The notes beneath the pieces are model-generated. The model was not told the origin of the DNA and searched no databases. It worked only from the letters and a program-made list of their open reading frames with translations. The translations under genes and the position numbers were made by a program. Positions 1 to 9,614 of a stretch of 41,312 bases of DNA are shown piece after piece. Numbering within the stretch: position 1 is the stretch's first letter; each line of letters starts with the position of its first letter. The DNA is taken from positions 1 through 41,312 of the forward strand of contig JAHLWH010000030.1 of the NCBI GenBank assembly GCA_019058015.1, written 5' to 3'. This stretch comes from Promethearchaeota archaeon. GTDB lineage: Archaea > Asgardarchaeota > Lokiarchaeia > Sigyniarchaeales > SOKP01.

Positions 1-400
1 CTTTTCCTAAAATCAATTCTTTATCAGTTATCGGAAGTATTAAAAGGCTTTCAATTGTTTTTCGTTCCTTTTCTCCTGCAAAAGAATCAGATGCTATTAC
101 CATGGTCAATATCATGGGAGTGAATAAGAAAAGTGGTTTCATTATAAAGTTAATATTATAATAAATAATAATTTTTAAAACTTCATTTTCTTGGCCTTGA
201 AAGAAAGGAATTAAGTCTGCAAGACCTTCACCATTATTATATTCTTCTGGTGGGATGAATAAAGCTGTTCCAATAAGTAGAATTGGAAAGATTATTGAAA
301 AAAGTATTGGTAATATAATAATAGGCAATAAAATTTCCTTATTCTTATAGATTTCTTGCCAATCTTTTTTAAATATATAAAAAGAATTTTTTACTTTCAT
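1..400 (-). CDS. ABC transporter permease (ABC-2/NatB-like), runs off the window edge
   Basis: Not in the ORF track. Manual translation from ATG at 400 gives MKVKNSFYIFKKDWQEIYKNKEILLPIIILP...IASDSFAGEKERKTIESLLILPITDKELILGK, which has the typical GEKERxTxExLL permease motif. It starts 2 nt after the ATPase stop. Confidence 0.9.
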   Translation of the reverse strand, partial: MKVKNSFYIFKKDWQEIYKNKEILLPIIILPILFSIIFPILLIGTALFIPPEEYNNGEGLADLIPFFQGQENEVLKIIIYYNINFIMKPLFLFTPMILTMVIASDSFAGEKERKTIESLLILPITDKELILGK

Positions 401-402
401 TA

Positions 403-1371
403 TTATTTCTCCCCTGATTGTTGATTGATTTTAGAATCTTCCATTAATTTTACATAAATATCTTCTAAACTATACTCAATAGGTTCAACTGATATTATTT
501 TTCCACCCAATTTTACAACTTTTTCGACAATAATCGGAGTAAATTCTTCAAGATCTTTTAAATGGATTCGAATACTTCCATTAATTGGAAAAATTTCTTT
601 AATAAAATCAAGTTTGGATAGTTGAGATATTATTTCATCTGATAATCTTTTTAATTTGATTTCTAAAATTCTAAATTCCCACAAATTTTTACTAATTTCA
701 TCTGATGTACCAATCCGTTTTATCCTACCTTTATCAATAATCCCCACTCTATCACAAACTTTTTGTACCTCTTCTAAATTATGAGAATTAATAAATATCG
801 TCCGATTTCTTGATTTTAATTTTATTATTAATTCTCTTACTTTTACAGCAGCAATTGGATCTAAACCAGCAGTAGGTTCATCAAAGAAAAGAATTTTAGG
901 TTCATGAATTAGAGTTCTAGCTAAAGCAAGTCTTTGTTTGAGTCCTTTTGACAATTCACCAGCATACATATCAATTCTATCTAACATCTCAAATTGCTCT
1001 AAGATATTTTCGATCCTTTCATTGAGATTTTGAATATTATAGAATTGTCCAAAGAATTCTAAATTCTGTTTAACAGTTAGATTTTCATAATTCCCATGAT
1101 TTTCTGTTAAAAATCCAATAATACTTCTTATATTTTCTTGATCTTCTAATATACTCATACCATTGAGAAATGCGTTTCCAAGAGTTGGTTTTAATAAACA
1201 GGCTAGCATTCTTATGGTTGTTGTTTTTCCCGCACCATTTGGTCCCAAAAAACCGAAAATTTCACCAGAATTTACTGAAAAATTGATATTATCAACAGCT
1301 AAAACTTCAGTTTTATCTTTTTTATTAATAAATTTTTTGCTTAGATTCTCAACTCGAATAATCTCGGTCAT
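403..1371 (-). CDS. ABC transporter ATP-binding protein (DrrA/CcmA-like exporter type)
   Basis: Walker A GPNGAGKTT, signature LSKGLKQR, Walker B ILFFDEPT, H-loop NSH, C-terminal SLEDIY motif. Confidence 0.95.
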   Translation of the reverse strand: MTEIIRVENLSKKFINKKDKTEVLAVDNINFSVNSGEIFGFLGPNGAGKTTTIRMLACLLKPTLGNAFLNGMSILEDQENIRSIIGFLTENHGNYENLTVKQNLEFFGQFYNIQNLNERIENILEQFEMLDRIDMYAGELSKGLKQRLALARTLIHEPKILFFDEPTAGLDPIAAVKVRELIIKLKSRNRTIFINSHNLEEVQKVCDRVGIIDKGRIKRIGTSDEISKNLWEFRILEIKLKRLSDEIISQLSKLDFIKEIFPINGSIRIHLKDLEEFTPIIVEKVVKLGGKIISVEPIEYSLEDIYVKLMEDSKINQQSGEK

Positions 1372-1502
1372 TAATTCATTTTCTCATAAGTATCATTTAT
1401 CTAAATCTTATTATACAGAAAGAGATTTAATTCTTTTCTATAAAAAATTAAAAAGAAAATAAGAGAAATTGTGCGAAATATTTATTCAATACTTCATGTC
1501 AA

Positions 1503-2588
1503 TTAGAACACAAACAAAATTATAGCGATAGCTGCAACACAACCTAGTAAGGATAAAGTAAATGTAAATAAGTGATTACCGACTCTAAAATAAATTCGAG
1601 AGATTTTTAAATCAACATCAATTGTGAAAATATTATTGTTTGTTTTTAAATGACCATATAGAATTAAAGGCGTTAAATATCGAACATAAAACCTGCTCCA
1701 AAACATTATTGAGAACATAGCTATAATAGAAAAGAAAGTAATTTCCAAGAGGTCGGCTTTTTTAACTCGAAATAGGAGATATAATAGGAAAATAACCGTA
1801 ATTGGAATTAATTTTATAAATATTGGAATCCCTTGAAATAGTGTTGTATTAACGCCGGAAAGCCAATTAATATAAAGAGATAAATAATTAGGTAAATATA
1901 AAATCGGACTGATTAAAAAGATAATAATTGGAATAACCAAATAGATCATAAATTTTTTGATCTCATCCCAATTTTTTTCGAATAAAAATTTTAAGAAGAA
2001 AAAGAGTGCTGCTGGTAAAGTAAACCATTTTGAACACATAGTTAATCCTGAAAAAAGATAAAATAATGATTTATTTTCATTTGGATAAAAATATAATGAT
2101 AACATTAGAAAGATATAAAAAAAACTATCTGTTATATGATAGCCACAATTAATTGGGCTGAAGACATTATTTAAAAGTACAAATGGATTAATTAAAAATA
2201 ACCCTAAAATAAGATTCCTCTTAGGAACTTCAAATTTTTTTAAAACAAAATAAAATGACAGAGATACTAATAGATCTAAGAGAAAAGCATAAAAAGCGAA
2301 TACTTCAACAGAATTAAATGAGATTAGCTTGAAAATAAGTATTATGTATAAAGTTAAAGGGGGATATTCTAAATCCCCGGCATCCCAAATCCATTCGCCC
2401 GTAAACATTGTATCTGTTGTGCGAAAATTTACTGCAACATCTCCCCAAGAAATTGTTGGATCCAAATGACTAAAATAGTAATAAATTATCATAAAAACTC
2501 TAATTGCAACTCCAGCAATGATCAGTAATAATTCGCTAATGAATGATGTTCTGATTTTCCAAAGTCCATTGAACTCTTTCTCAGACAT
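1503..2588 (-). CDS. Polytopic membrane protein, probable GT-C (GT87/PIG-M-like) glycosyltransferase
   Basis: About 10 hydrophobic segments. The first loop has WGD...EYPPL, followed by NP, D and KW.P motifs typical of polyprenol-P-sugar transferases. Adjacent to a Dol-P-sugar synthase. Confidence 0.6.
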   Translation of the reverse strand: MSEKEFNGLWKIRTSFISELLLIIAGVAIRVFMIIYYYFSHLDPTISWGDVAVNFRTTDTMFTGEWIWDAGDLEYPPLTLYIILIFKLISFNSVEVFAFYAFLLDLLVSLSFYFVLKKFEVPKRNLILGLFLINPFVLLNNVFSPINCGYHITDSFFYIFLMLSLYFYPNENKSLFYLFSGLTMCSKWFTLPAALFFFLKFLFEKNWDEIKKFMIYLVIPIIIFLISPILYLPNYLSLYINWLSGVNTTLFQGIPIFIKLIPITVIFLLYLLFRVKKADLLEITFFSIIAMFSIMFWSRFYVRYLTPLILYGHLKTNNNIFTIDVDLKISRIYFRVGNHLFTFTLSLLGCVAAIAIILFVF

Positions 2589-2683
2589 AATCCTAATTAT
2601 TTTTTCTACTTTTTAAGATTTTTTAAAATTAAAAACTAATAAACTGTGTAAAAATGTTTTTAAGAGATTTAATTTACTTTTAA

Positions 2684-3400
2684 TTGATGGAAAATTTTAA
2701 GTTAAGCATTATAATACCTGCATATAATGAAGAAAAAAGGATCCCCCTCTTTTTAGAAAGTTTAATTAACTTTTCTCTCAAAAATCTTAGTAATTATGAA
2801 ATTTTAGTTGTTAATGATGGATCCACAGATAATACCAAAAAAGTTGTTGAAAAAATAAAAAAAAATTATGATCACGTTAAATTTATTAGTTATAAGAATA
2901 ATAAAGGAAAGGGACACGCTGTTCTTCTAGGAGTTTTAAAATCTACTGGGGATTTTGTTATATTCATAGATGCTGACGGTTCAATAGAACCTTATGAAAT
3001 TTTGAAAATGCTCAAGGTTTATAAAAAGTATGAATTTGATGTAATAATTGGATCGAGAAAATTAGAAGAATCGGAAATTACCCACTCGCAACCTTTTAGT
3101 AGAAGGATGTTTAGTAAAATTTTTAACTTATACTCAAATTTTTTTTTCAGATTAAAAATAAGCGATTTATTATGTGGATTTAAAGGATTTAAGAGAGAGG
3201 TTGCATTCCAAATTTTTAAAGATTTAAAAGCTTATAGATGGGAATTTGATGTGGAAATTCTTTATAGAATAAAACGAAGAGGATTCAAAGTTATAGAATT
3301 ACCCATTAAATGGAAACATGAAGAAGGGTCAAAAATTAAACCTCTTGATCCAATACTAATTTTTTTAAATATACTAAAACTGAGATTAAAATATATTTAA
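2684..3400 (+). CDS. GT2 dolichyl-phosphate beta-glucosyl/mannosyltransferase (ALG5/DPM1-like)
   Basis: Motifs IIPAYNEE, VNDGSTD, NKGKGHA, DADG, IGSR, DLLCGFKGF, FDVEIL. Confidence 0.9.
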   Translation: MMENFKLSIIIPAYNEEKRIPLFLESLINFSLKNLSNYEILVVNDGSTDNTKKVVEKIKKNYDHVKFISYKNNKGKGHAVLLGVLKSTGDFVIFIDADGSIEPYEILKMLKVYKKYEFDVIIGSRKLEESEITHSQPFSRRMFSKIFNLYSNFFFRLKISDLLCGFKGFKREVAFQIFKDLKAYRWEFDVEILYRIKRRGFKVIELPIKWKHEEGSKIKPLDPILIFLNILKLRLKYI

Positions 3401-3419
3401 CTTTAGGATGTAAGTGTTT

Positions 3420-4454
3420 TCACACAATCTTTTCTAATTTTTTTTCCTGTTCATCTAAATGTTCTAGATCTATTCCTATAAATTTGAAATTGAAAGACAT
3501 AGTCGCAATTCCTCCATAAATAAAAACATAAACCATTCGAATAATATGATCTAAAATAAATATAGATAAAATTTCATTGTAAGGGATTGTTGGATAGAGT
3601 AAAGAAATAAGTATGGCACCAGCGATTTCTGATACACCCCAGCCTCCTGGTGTAATAGGGATTGTTTTTGTAAAGAAAGTAACCAACTGTGCCAACAATA
3701 TAATAAATATATTAATTTCATAACCGGCAAAAAAGAAAAAAATTACCAACGTGAGAGCTTCAAAAAGCCACGTAGGAAAGTTCAAAATTAAAACCCAAAT
3801 TAATTTTTTCTTATTTTCTCGAAAATCGTTTAATCCTTCAATCAAATTTTTAAGAAATCTTTCTATAAGATTTCTAAGTTTCTTGGAAATTTTCCCAATC
3901 AAGTTAAGAAACCATTCAGTCTTAAAGAAAAGAATTATCAATCCAATTAGCCCCCCTACCAAAATTAATGCCCCTATTAATAGAAAGAATTGTAAATTCA
4001 ACTGCGTAGTTCCCGTTATATTATTTAAGTATAAATATAGCAAGGCAATACAGCTTATGGAAAATAAAATAATTAAATCGATAAACCGTTCAATTGCAAC
4101 GGCACATATACTTTTACTCAAACGGATATTGGGATTTCTTTCATGAATAAATTCTATTTTCGCTAAGTCTCCAATTTTTGCAGGGGTTAATTCATTTGTA
4201 GCCCATCCCGCACCAATAGCACTATATATAGTTAAAAATGAGGGATTAAGATTGATTCCTTGAAATATTATTTTTAATTTATATGTTCGAAAAAAAAATG
4301 CAGCAGTATAAGTCATAATGAATAAAAGAATTCCTATAATAGAGATTCGACATAAATTTTCTAATATAGTATTATAATCAATAAAAATAATCATAAAAAC
4401 AATGAGAATAATAGTAAAAACTCCAAAAAGAATACGTCTTGTCCTCGTTTCCAT
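3420..4454 (-). CDS. Lysylphosphatidylglycerol synthase TM / flippase-like (UPF0104) membrane protein
   Basis: Multi-TM, with NELTPAKIGD, ERFID and PITPGGWGVSE family motifs. Confidence 0.85.
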   Translation of the reverse strand: METRTRRILFGVFTIILIVFMIIFIDYNTILENLCRISIIGILLFIMTYTAAFFFRTYKLKIIFQGINLNPSFLTIYSAIGAGWATNELTPAKIGDLAKIEFIHERNPNIRLSKSICAVAIERFIDLIILFSISCIALLYLYLNNITGTTQLNLQFFLLIGALILVGGLIGLIILFFKTEWFLNLIGKISKKLRNLIERFLKNLIEGLNDFRENKKKLIWVLILNFPTWLFEALTLVIFFFFAGYEINIFIILLAQLVTFFTKTIPITPGGWGVSEIAGAILISLLYPTIPYNEILSIFILDHIIRMVYVFIYGGIATMSFNFKFIGIDLEHLDEQEKKLEKIV

Positions 4455-4549
4455 TAGAATTAAAATTAAGAATATTAAATAAATTTATAGAATTTTTAGT
4501 GATAACATTTATTCACTATTACATCAGTTCATTTTAAAATATAATTTTT

Positions 4550-5161
4550 TTATAGGTCGGGAAGTATATTACTTATTACCCATACAACGATGATCAAAAT
4601 AATAAGAATAGGTATCATGAATATTAAAAATTGATAAGCTCCTTTTATAGTTGCCCTGCTAAATTCCCTCATTCCTTCTTTGAATTCTTGTTTTTGTTGT
4701 TCTCTCCATTTATCATAGTCCCCTTTAATTTTGTGCAATTGGTTTTCCCAATCAACCTTAGCCTTTTCTTGCTTATTCTTGAATTCTTCTTGCCAAGTTC
4801 CAATTTGTGTATCCCATTTATTTTTCAAATTTTTGAAAAATTGATTGAATTTATTTTTGTTTTCTTCAGATTCTTCTAAAAAAGACTTGGATTGCTCTTC
4901 CATAGATTTTTTTAAAACTCCAAATCCGTTTTGAATGCCAGAAATGAAATTATTCCATCCTTCATTAAAATTTTTTGAAATATCTACTTTCGTAAGGTCT
5001 CCCGATTTCGCATCTGCTTCTTGAGTTTTTTGTTTAACATCACTTGTTTCAATCTCTTCACTAATCTTCTTTATTTCAAAAAGATTATTAAAGTTTTCAG
5101 TAATTTTATCAAACTGTTCTTTTATCTTTTTATTTAATTCATCTAAATCTTGATTTTTCAT
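4550..5161 (-). CDS. Hypothetical tail-anchored amphipathic helical protein
   Basis: 203 aa, K/E/Q/N-rich helix with 11-residue hydrophobic periodicity and a single C-terminal TM segment (about aa 176-200). Confidence 0.75.
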   Translation of the reverse strand: MKNQDLDELNKKIKEQFDKITENFNNLFEIKKISEEIETSDVKQKTQEADAKSGDLTKVDISKNFNEGWNNFISGIQNGFGVLKKSMEEQSKSFLEESEENKNKFNQFFKNLKNKWDTQIGTWQEEFKNKQEKAKVDWENQLHKIKGDYDKWREQQKQEFKEGMREFSRATIKGAYQFLIFMIPILIILIIVVWVISNILPDL

Positions 5162-5280
5162 AAGAATAATTTAGATTTGCATATATTTAAAAATGCGCAC
5201 TTTCAAAAATAAGCATATTTTACTTATTTGTTTTTATTTTCATTTTCTTCACAGGACCATAAAGGATTTTCTATTTAAAA

Positions 5281-5292
5281 AAAAATTTATAA
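5281..5292 (+). promoter_or_regulatory. Putative archaeal BRE/TATA box for the aminotransferase
   Basis: A-run followed by TTTATAA about 28-34 nt upstream of ATG 5320, spacing consistent with a leaderless transcript. The AT-rich background weakens the call. Confidence 0.35.
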
Positions 5293-5319
5293 CTTTACTC
5301 TTACTAAGAATAGCTAATT

Positions 5320-6693
5320 ATGGAATTTGTAACAATTAAAAATACTCCAATTTATAAGGCATTTTCTGAAGTCGGAAAAAAGATTTTCTTACCAAGAAGT
5401 ATTTTTTATTGGGCTGAAAGAGCAAAAAAAGAAGCAGAAATAAGTGGAACAATCGGAGCAGCATTTGGTTTTGAAAAAGATTTTATTGAGGCTGGAGGAG
5501 ATCGATGGGTTCCTTGTTATCTACAAAATATAAAACATTTTTTCAATACTGATATTACTAATGTCGTACTTTATGCTTCTATTGCTGGCTTAACTGATAG
5601 TAGAAAGAGATGGAAAGATTGGGTTATTAAGAAATCGCAATTAGATGATAACAAAAAAAAATCATTAAAAGATCTCGAAAAATATCTGACTTTAACACTA
5701 ATTACACCTGGGATTACTCATGGGATTTTTACATGTTGTAGCATGTTCTTAAATCAGAGTGAATATATCATTTTACCAAATAAACGTTGGGGAAATTATG
5801 ATAATATCGTAGAAAAAAACATTGGTGCAAAAATAAAATCTTTTAACTATTTCTCAGAAGATAGTATTGATTTAAAAAGCTTAGAAAAAGCAATGCAAGA
5901 TGTATTAAAAATACAAGATAAAATAATTTTAATTCTGAATATTCCAAACAATCCTACGGGATATATTCCGACAAGAAAGGAGGCTATTGATTTAATAAAT
6001 TTATTAAAGAATATGGTTGAACAAAATAAAAAACCGTTAGTAATTCTTTGCGATGATGCCTATGAAGGATATACTTTTGATATAGACGCCATAAAAACCT
6101 CATTATTTTATGATTTATTTCAATTGGACGAAAATATCATTCCAATCAAGTTAGACGGAATAACCAAAGAATTATTAATGTATGGAGGGAGAATAGGTGC
6201 TCTTACTATAGGAATACATAAAAATTGGATTAAAACTGATCTTGAATTAGAACAGTTAAAAGTTGAAATAGAAAATAAATTTTCAGGTTTTATAAGAAGC
6301 ACAATCTCAAATTCAAATATTTTATACCAAACTATTCTTAACTCTTTACTCTCAAGTCAGGAAATTGAAAAAACCCTACAGCACCGTAAAAAAGTAGAAA
6401 AAATGTTGGAAAAAAGGTATATTTTACTTAATCAAGAATTGAATACAATTAAAAGCAACGAAATTTCTATTGATCCTAATCGTGGTGGTTTCTTTCTATT
6501 TGTCAGTTTAAAGTCGATTAAAGCGACTGATTTTGCTGATTTGTTGCTAAAAAAATACAAAATTGGAGTAATTCCCATAGAAAAACCTCATGAAGGAATT
6601 AACGGCTTCAGAATTGCATATAGCTCAATAGATATTAAAAAAATTCCAGAATTTGTCTCAAGAATTAAAAAAGCTATAAGCGAATACGAATAA
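5320..6693 (+). CDS. PLP-dependent aminotransferase class I/II
   Basis: PNNPTGY, DDAYEG, DGITKE...GGRIG (PLP lysine), GGFF and the C-terminal RIAYS arginine. Confidence 0.92.
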   Translation: MEFVTIKNTPIYKAFSEVGKKIFLPRSIFYWAERAKKEAEISGTIGAAFGFEKDFIEAGGDRWVPCYLQNIKHFFNTDITNVVLYASIAGLTDSRKRWKDWVIKKSQLDDNKKKSLKDLEKYLTLTLITPGITHGIFTCCSMFLNQSEYIILPNKRWGNYDNIVEKNIGAKIKSFNYFSEDSIDLKSLEKAMQDVLKIQDKIILILNIPNNPTGYIPTRKEAIDLINLLKNMVEQNKKPLVILCDDAYEGYTFDIDAIKTSLFYDLFQLDENIIPIKLDGITKELLMYGGRIGALTIGIHKNWIKTDLELEQLKVEIENKFSGFIRSTISNSNILYQTILNSLLSSQEIEKTLQHRKKVEKMLEKRYILLNQELNTIKSNEISIDPNRGGFFLFVSLKSIKATDFADLLLKKYKIGVIPIEKPHEGINGFRIAYSSIDIKKIPEFVSRIKKAISEYE

Positions 6694-6816
6694 GTCCTCG
6701 AGATCTGCTACAACCCAATTATCTTTTTAATTTTAATCGGATTTTTTTGATATAAATTTATATATTGAAAGAAACATAAGAAAAATATAAGTTAAAATTT
6801 GTGAGGTATTTTTTTT

Positions 6817-7764
6817 ATGAAAATCTTTATAGTTGCTAAGGGTGAATTAAAGGAAGTAAATAAGCCAATATTTTCCTCTGGAGATACTTATATTGTTGAT
6901 GATGAAAAAACCATTTATATATGGCTTGGTAAATATTGCTCGGTAGATGAAAAAACATTTGCGGCAATGAAAGCTAGAGAATTGGATGAGCAAAGAAGTG
7001 GTGCTGCAAAAATTATTACTCTTGATCAAGGTCAAGAAATAAAAGAGTTTTTACAACTTGTTGGAGGAATGAAAATCGTAGATAAAAATTTAGCAAAGAC
7101 TATGCTTATTGATGTAGACACTGGTGATTGGTCAGGTGCGGGAGAGCATGTAAACACACTCTATAGAGTCTCTTCTGAAGAGTTTGAAGATATAAATACC
7201 ATGAAATTTATCCAAGTACCCTTTAAAAAAGAAAGTTTAGATTCTGAAGATTGTTTTATTGCAGATTTAGGAGATAAAATTTATATTTGGCAAGGTGCGA
7301 ATTCTAATGTCAAAGAAAAAGTAAAAGGTGGACAATGGGCAAGAAGTTTTGACGCTGAACGAGCAGGATCACAAAATGAAGTTATTTTTGAAGAAGGTGA
7401 TGACTCAGAATTTATGAAAATTTTCGAAGAAAAAGTTGAGACCTCTGTTGATGAACATGTACAATTTTCTGCAGAATCTGCATTAGAGAAAGAAGAAGTC
7501 TCTGAACCGGTAAAAGAACCTGAGCCTGAAATGGTAATTATACCTATAAAAGAACCCCCTACCCCAACTACAATGGATTTGGATACTGGGATATTAACAG
7601 TAGGAAAACCCACTGGACGACGTAAATGCCCCAAATGTGGCGAGGAACTTAAGTATATGATTCATGAGACCATTGACAAAAACAACATCATAATGGATTA
7701 TCCAAGAGTATATGGCAAGAAATACAAATGTGGAAAGTGCGGAACGGAGTGGAGGGAGAAATAG
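6817..7764 (+). CDS. Two-domain gelsolin (Asgard 2DGel-like) with acidic/Pro linker and C-terminal Zn-ribbon
   Basis: Two gelsolin repeats (FSSGDTYIVD..IYIWLG...EK; LDSEDCFIAD..IYIWQG...EK), then CPKCG...CGKCG at the C-terminus. Confidence 0.9.
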   Translation: MKIFIVAKGELKEVNKPIFSSGDTYIVDDEKTIYIWLGKYCSVDEKTFAAMKARELDEQRSGAAKIITLDQGQEIKEFLQLVGGMKIVDKNLAKTMLIDVDTGDWSGAGEHVNTLYRVSSEEFEDINTMKFIQVPFKKESLDSEDCFIADLGDKIYIWQGANSNVKEKVKGGQWARSFDAERAGSQNEVIFEEGDDSEFMKIFEEKVETSVDEHVQFSAESALEKEEVSEPVKEPEPEMVIIPIKEPPTPTTMDLDTGILTVGKPTGRRKCPKCGEELKYMIHETIDKNNIIMDYPRVYGKKYKCGKCGTEWREK

Positions 7765-7815
7765 CCTAAAGAAATAGTATTCCCTAATAAAATTATTCAT
7801 TTATTTTAAATTTCC

Positions 7816-7828
7816 TTTTATTTTTTTT
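7816..7828 (+). terminator. Possible oligo-T archaeal terminator after the gelsolin gene
   Basis: TTTTATTTTTTTT about 55 nt after the stop codon. T-runs are common here. Confidence 0.3.
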
Positions 7829-7921
7829 AATTCAGAAAAACGTTATTAATCCAAAAAGATTAATATGTAAACCAATATGATTTTGATATACAAATTGCAT
7901 GTTTATACAAAATAAAAAATA

Positions 7922-8179
7922 ATGAATATAATGTCTGAAGAAAATAAAGAACCAGAAAAAGAAACTGAACCAGAAACTACTCCTCCAAGCGAAGAGTTCT
8001 CAGATATATTAACCGTACCAAAACCTGAGGGACGCCGAAAATGCCCTAAATGTGGTGAGGTACTTAAACATATGATTCACGAGAGTGTCGATAAGGGAGT
8101 GATCGTTCTCGATTACCCTCGAATTTGGGGTAAGAAATACAAATGTGGAAAGTGTGGCTGTGAATGGCGCGAAAAGTAG
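7922..8179 (+). CDS. Stand-alone C4 Zn-ribbon protein paralogous to the gelsolin C-terminus
   Basis: Acidic/Pro N-terminus, then CPKCG...DK...YP..WGKKYKCGKCG.EW. The true start may be ATG 7931. Confidence 0.88.
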   Translation: MNIMSEENKEPEKETEPETTPPSEEFSDILTVPKPEGRRKCPKCGEVLKHMIHESVDKGVIVLDYPRIWGKKYKCGKCGCEWREK

Positions 8180-8227
8180 TAAATTTCTAAATCTTTTTTA
8201 TTCATTTTCTTTTTTAGCAAAAATCCT

Positions 8228-9418
8228 TTAAGAACTACCTCTACGTAGAACTTTAATTTTCTTTTTTAAATCAATTATTTCATCTTTTAGTTTTCCAGAT
8301 TCCTTTTCCATCCGTGAATTTTCCATTTTAAGGATTTGAATGTTATCCAGATAACTGTTCTCTTTAGCCTTTAATGCTTCTAATTCTTTCTCGAAATTAA
8401 TTTTCAAATTTTCAATTTCAATATCTTTTTTTACAGATTCCTTTTGAGCTAATTCAAGTTTTTGTTCAACTCTCTTTACAATTTCTTCTTTTGCCATGCT
8501 TGATTTAGTGATTTCCACATTTTCTCTTTCTCGCTTAATAAGTTGCTCTTCAAATTCTTTAATTTTATCTTGCAATGATTTGGATTTTTCAAGTTGTTGA
8601 TTCAAATGATTTATTTCCCCGTTAAGAAAATTAATTTCTTCATTCTTTTCTGCCAATTTATCATAAATTTTCTCTCTTTCTTTAACTTTTTCTGTTAATT
8701 CTTGAATTTCTTCTTTTGCTTTATTGAGAGAGTTTTCCTTATCAAAAAGGGCTTTTTCTTTTTGTGTTATAATTTCATCTTTCTTTTCAATAATAACTTT
8801 TAATTTGTCATACTTAGACTTTTGAATAGTATCTTTCTCAAGATATTGAATTTGTTGATGAAGTTCTTGAATTTGAGAATCTCGTTGTTTAATTTTTTCT
8901 TGAAATTCACTAATACCATGTTCTCCTAATTCATATTCCTTAATTTTTGCTTCAAGTTGCTTGATTAGATTTTCCTTTTCATTTAATTGGCTAAATTTTA
9001 CAGAAAACTCATTAATTTGTTTATCTTTTTCAATCAATAAATCATTTTGTTCCCCAACTTTTAAATCCAAGGAAATAATTTTTTCTCTTTGTTCTTTTAT
9101 TTTTTTATTAATGTTATCTCTTTCTGCCGTTAATTTAGAAATAATTCCATCTTTTTCATTAATTTTTGACTCAAAATCGTTTGGGACTTCAGGTTTTTCA
9201 GCTTTAGAGGAGCTTGAATCCAACTGTTCAATATAATTTTTTAGCATTAAATTTTGTTCTTCTAATTGTTTATTTTTTTTCAGTAAGAAATCAACTTGAT
9301 CTTCTAAAGAAGACGGCATTTCTTCCTTGCTTTCTTTGCCTTCTTCTTCTTCTAGCCAACCTAATGCGGATAGGGCATCTGAAAGTGAATCGTTTTTTTC
9401 TTTTTTTTCATCATTCAT
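8228..9418 (-). CDS. Long coiled-coil protein
   Basis: 396 aa, E/K/Q/L/I-rich heptad pattern over most of its length. No TM segment or catalytic motif seen. Confidence 0.85.
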   Translation of the reverse strand: MNDEKKEKNDSLSDALSALGWLEEEEGKESKEEMPSSLEDQVDFLLKKNKQLEEQNLMLKNYIEQLDSSSSKAEKPEVPNDFESKINEKDGIISKLTAERDNINKKIKEQREKIISLDLKVGEQNDLLIEKDKQINEFSVKFSQLNEKENLIKQLEAKIKEYELGEHGISEFQEKIKQRDSQIQELHQQIQYLEKDTIQKSKYDKLKVIIEKKDEIITQKEKALFDKENSLNKAKEEIQELTEKVKEREKIYDKLAEKNEEINFLNGEINHLNQQLEKSKSLQDKIKEFEEQLIKRERENVEITKSSMAKEEIVKRVEQKLELAQKESVKKDIEIENLKINFEKELEALKAKENSYLDNIQILKMENSRMEKESGKLKDEIIDLKKKIKVLRRGSS

Positions 9419-9614
9419 TTATTTTATCAACGAAAGGGAGATATTTCATTCAATATTGAGTTTATCTATGTTAAAAATATAAAATGTTTATCTATATATC
9501 TTTTTCTTAAAATTCTAAGAATATAAATAATAATAGAAAGGAAATATTAAAATAATATTCGATATATTCGCAATATAGATCTATAAAAAATTTGAAGGAA
9601 AAAAATAAAGTATT

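Larger units (their letters stand above)
7591..8179 (+). repeat. Diverged direct repeat of a 174-bp Zn-ribbon-coding segment (7591-7764 and 8006-8179)
   Basis: The two segments align without gaps. 44 of 57 aa are identical by manual count, with many third-position differences. Confidence 0.9.

Noticed and set aside
4550-5161. SNARE assignment for the tail-anchored protein
   Set aside because: Periodicity is 11-residue and aromatic-rich, and no convincing heptad SNARE motif with a central Q/R layer precedes the TM.
8228-9418. SMC/myosin/tropomyosin homology
   Set aside because: No ATPase head or hinge is present; the similarity is only generic coiled-coil composition.
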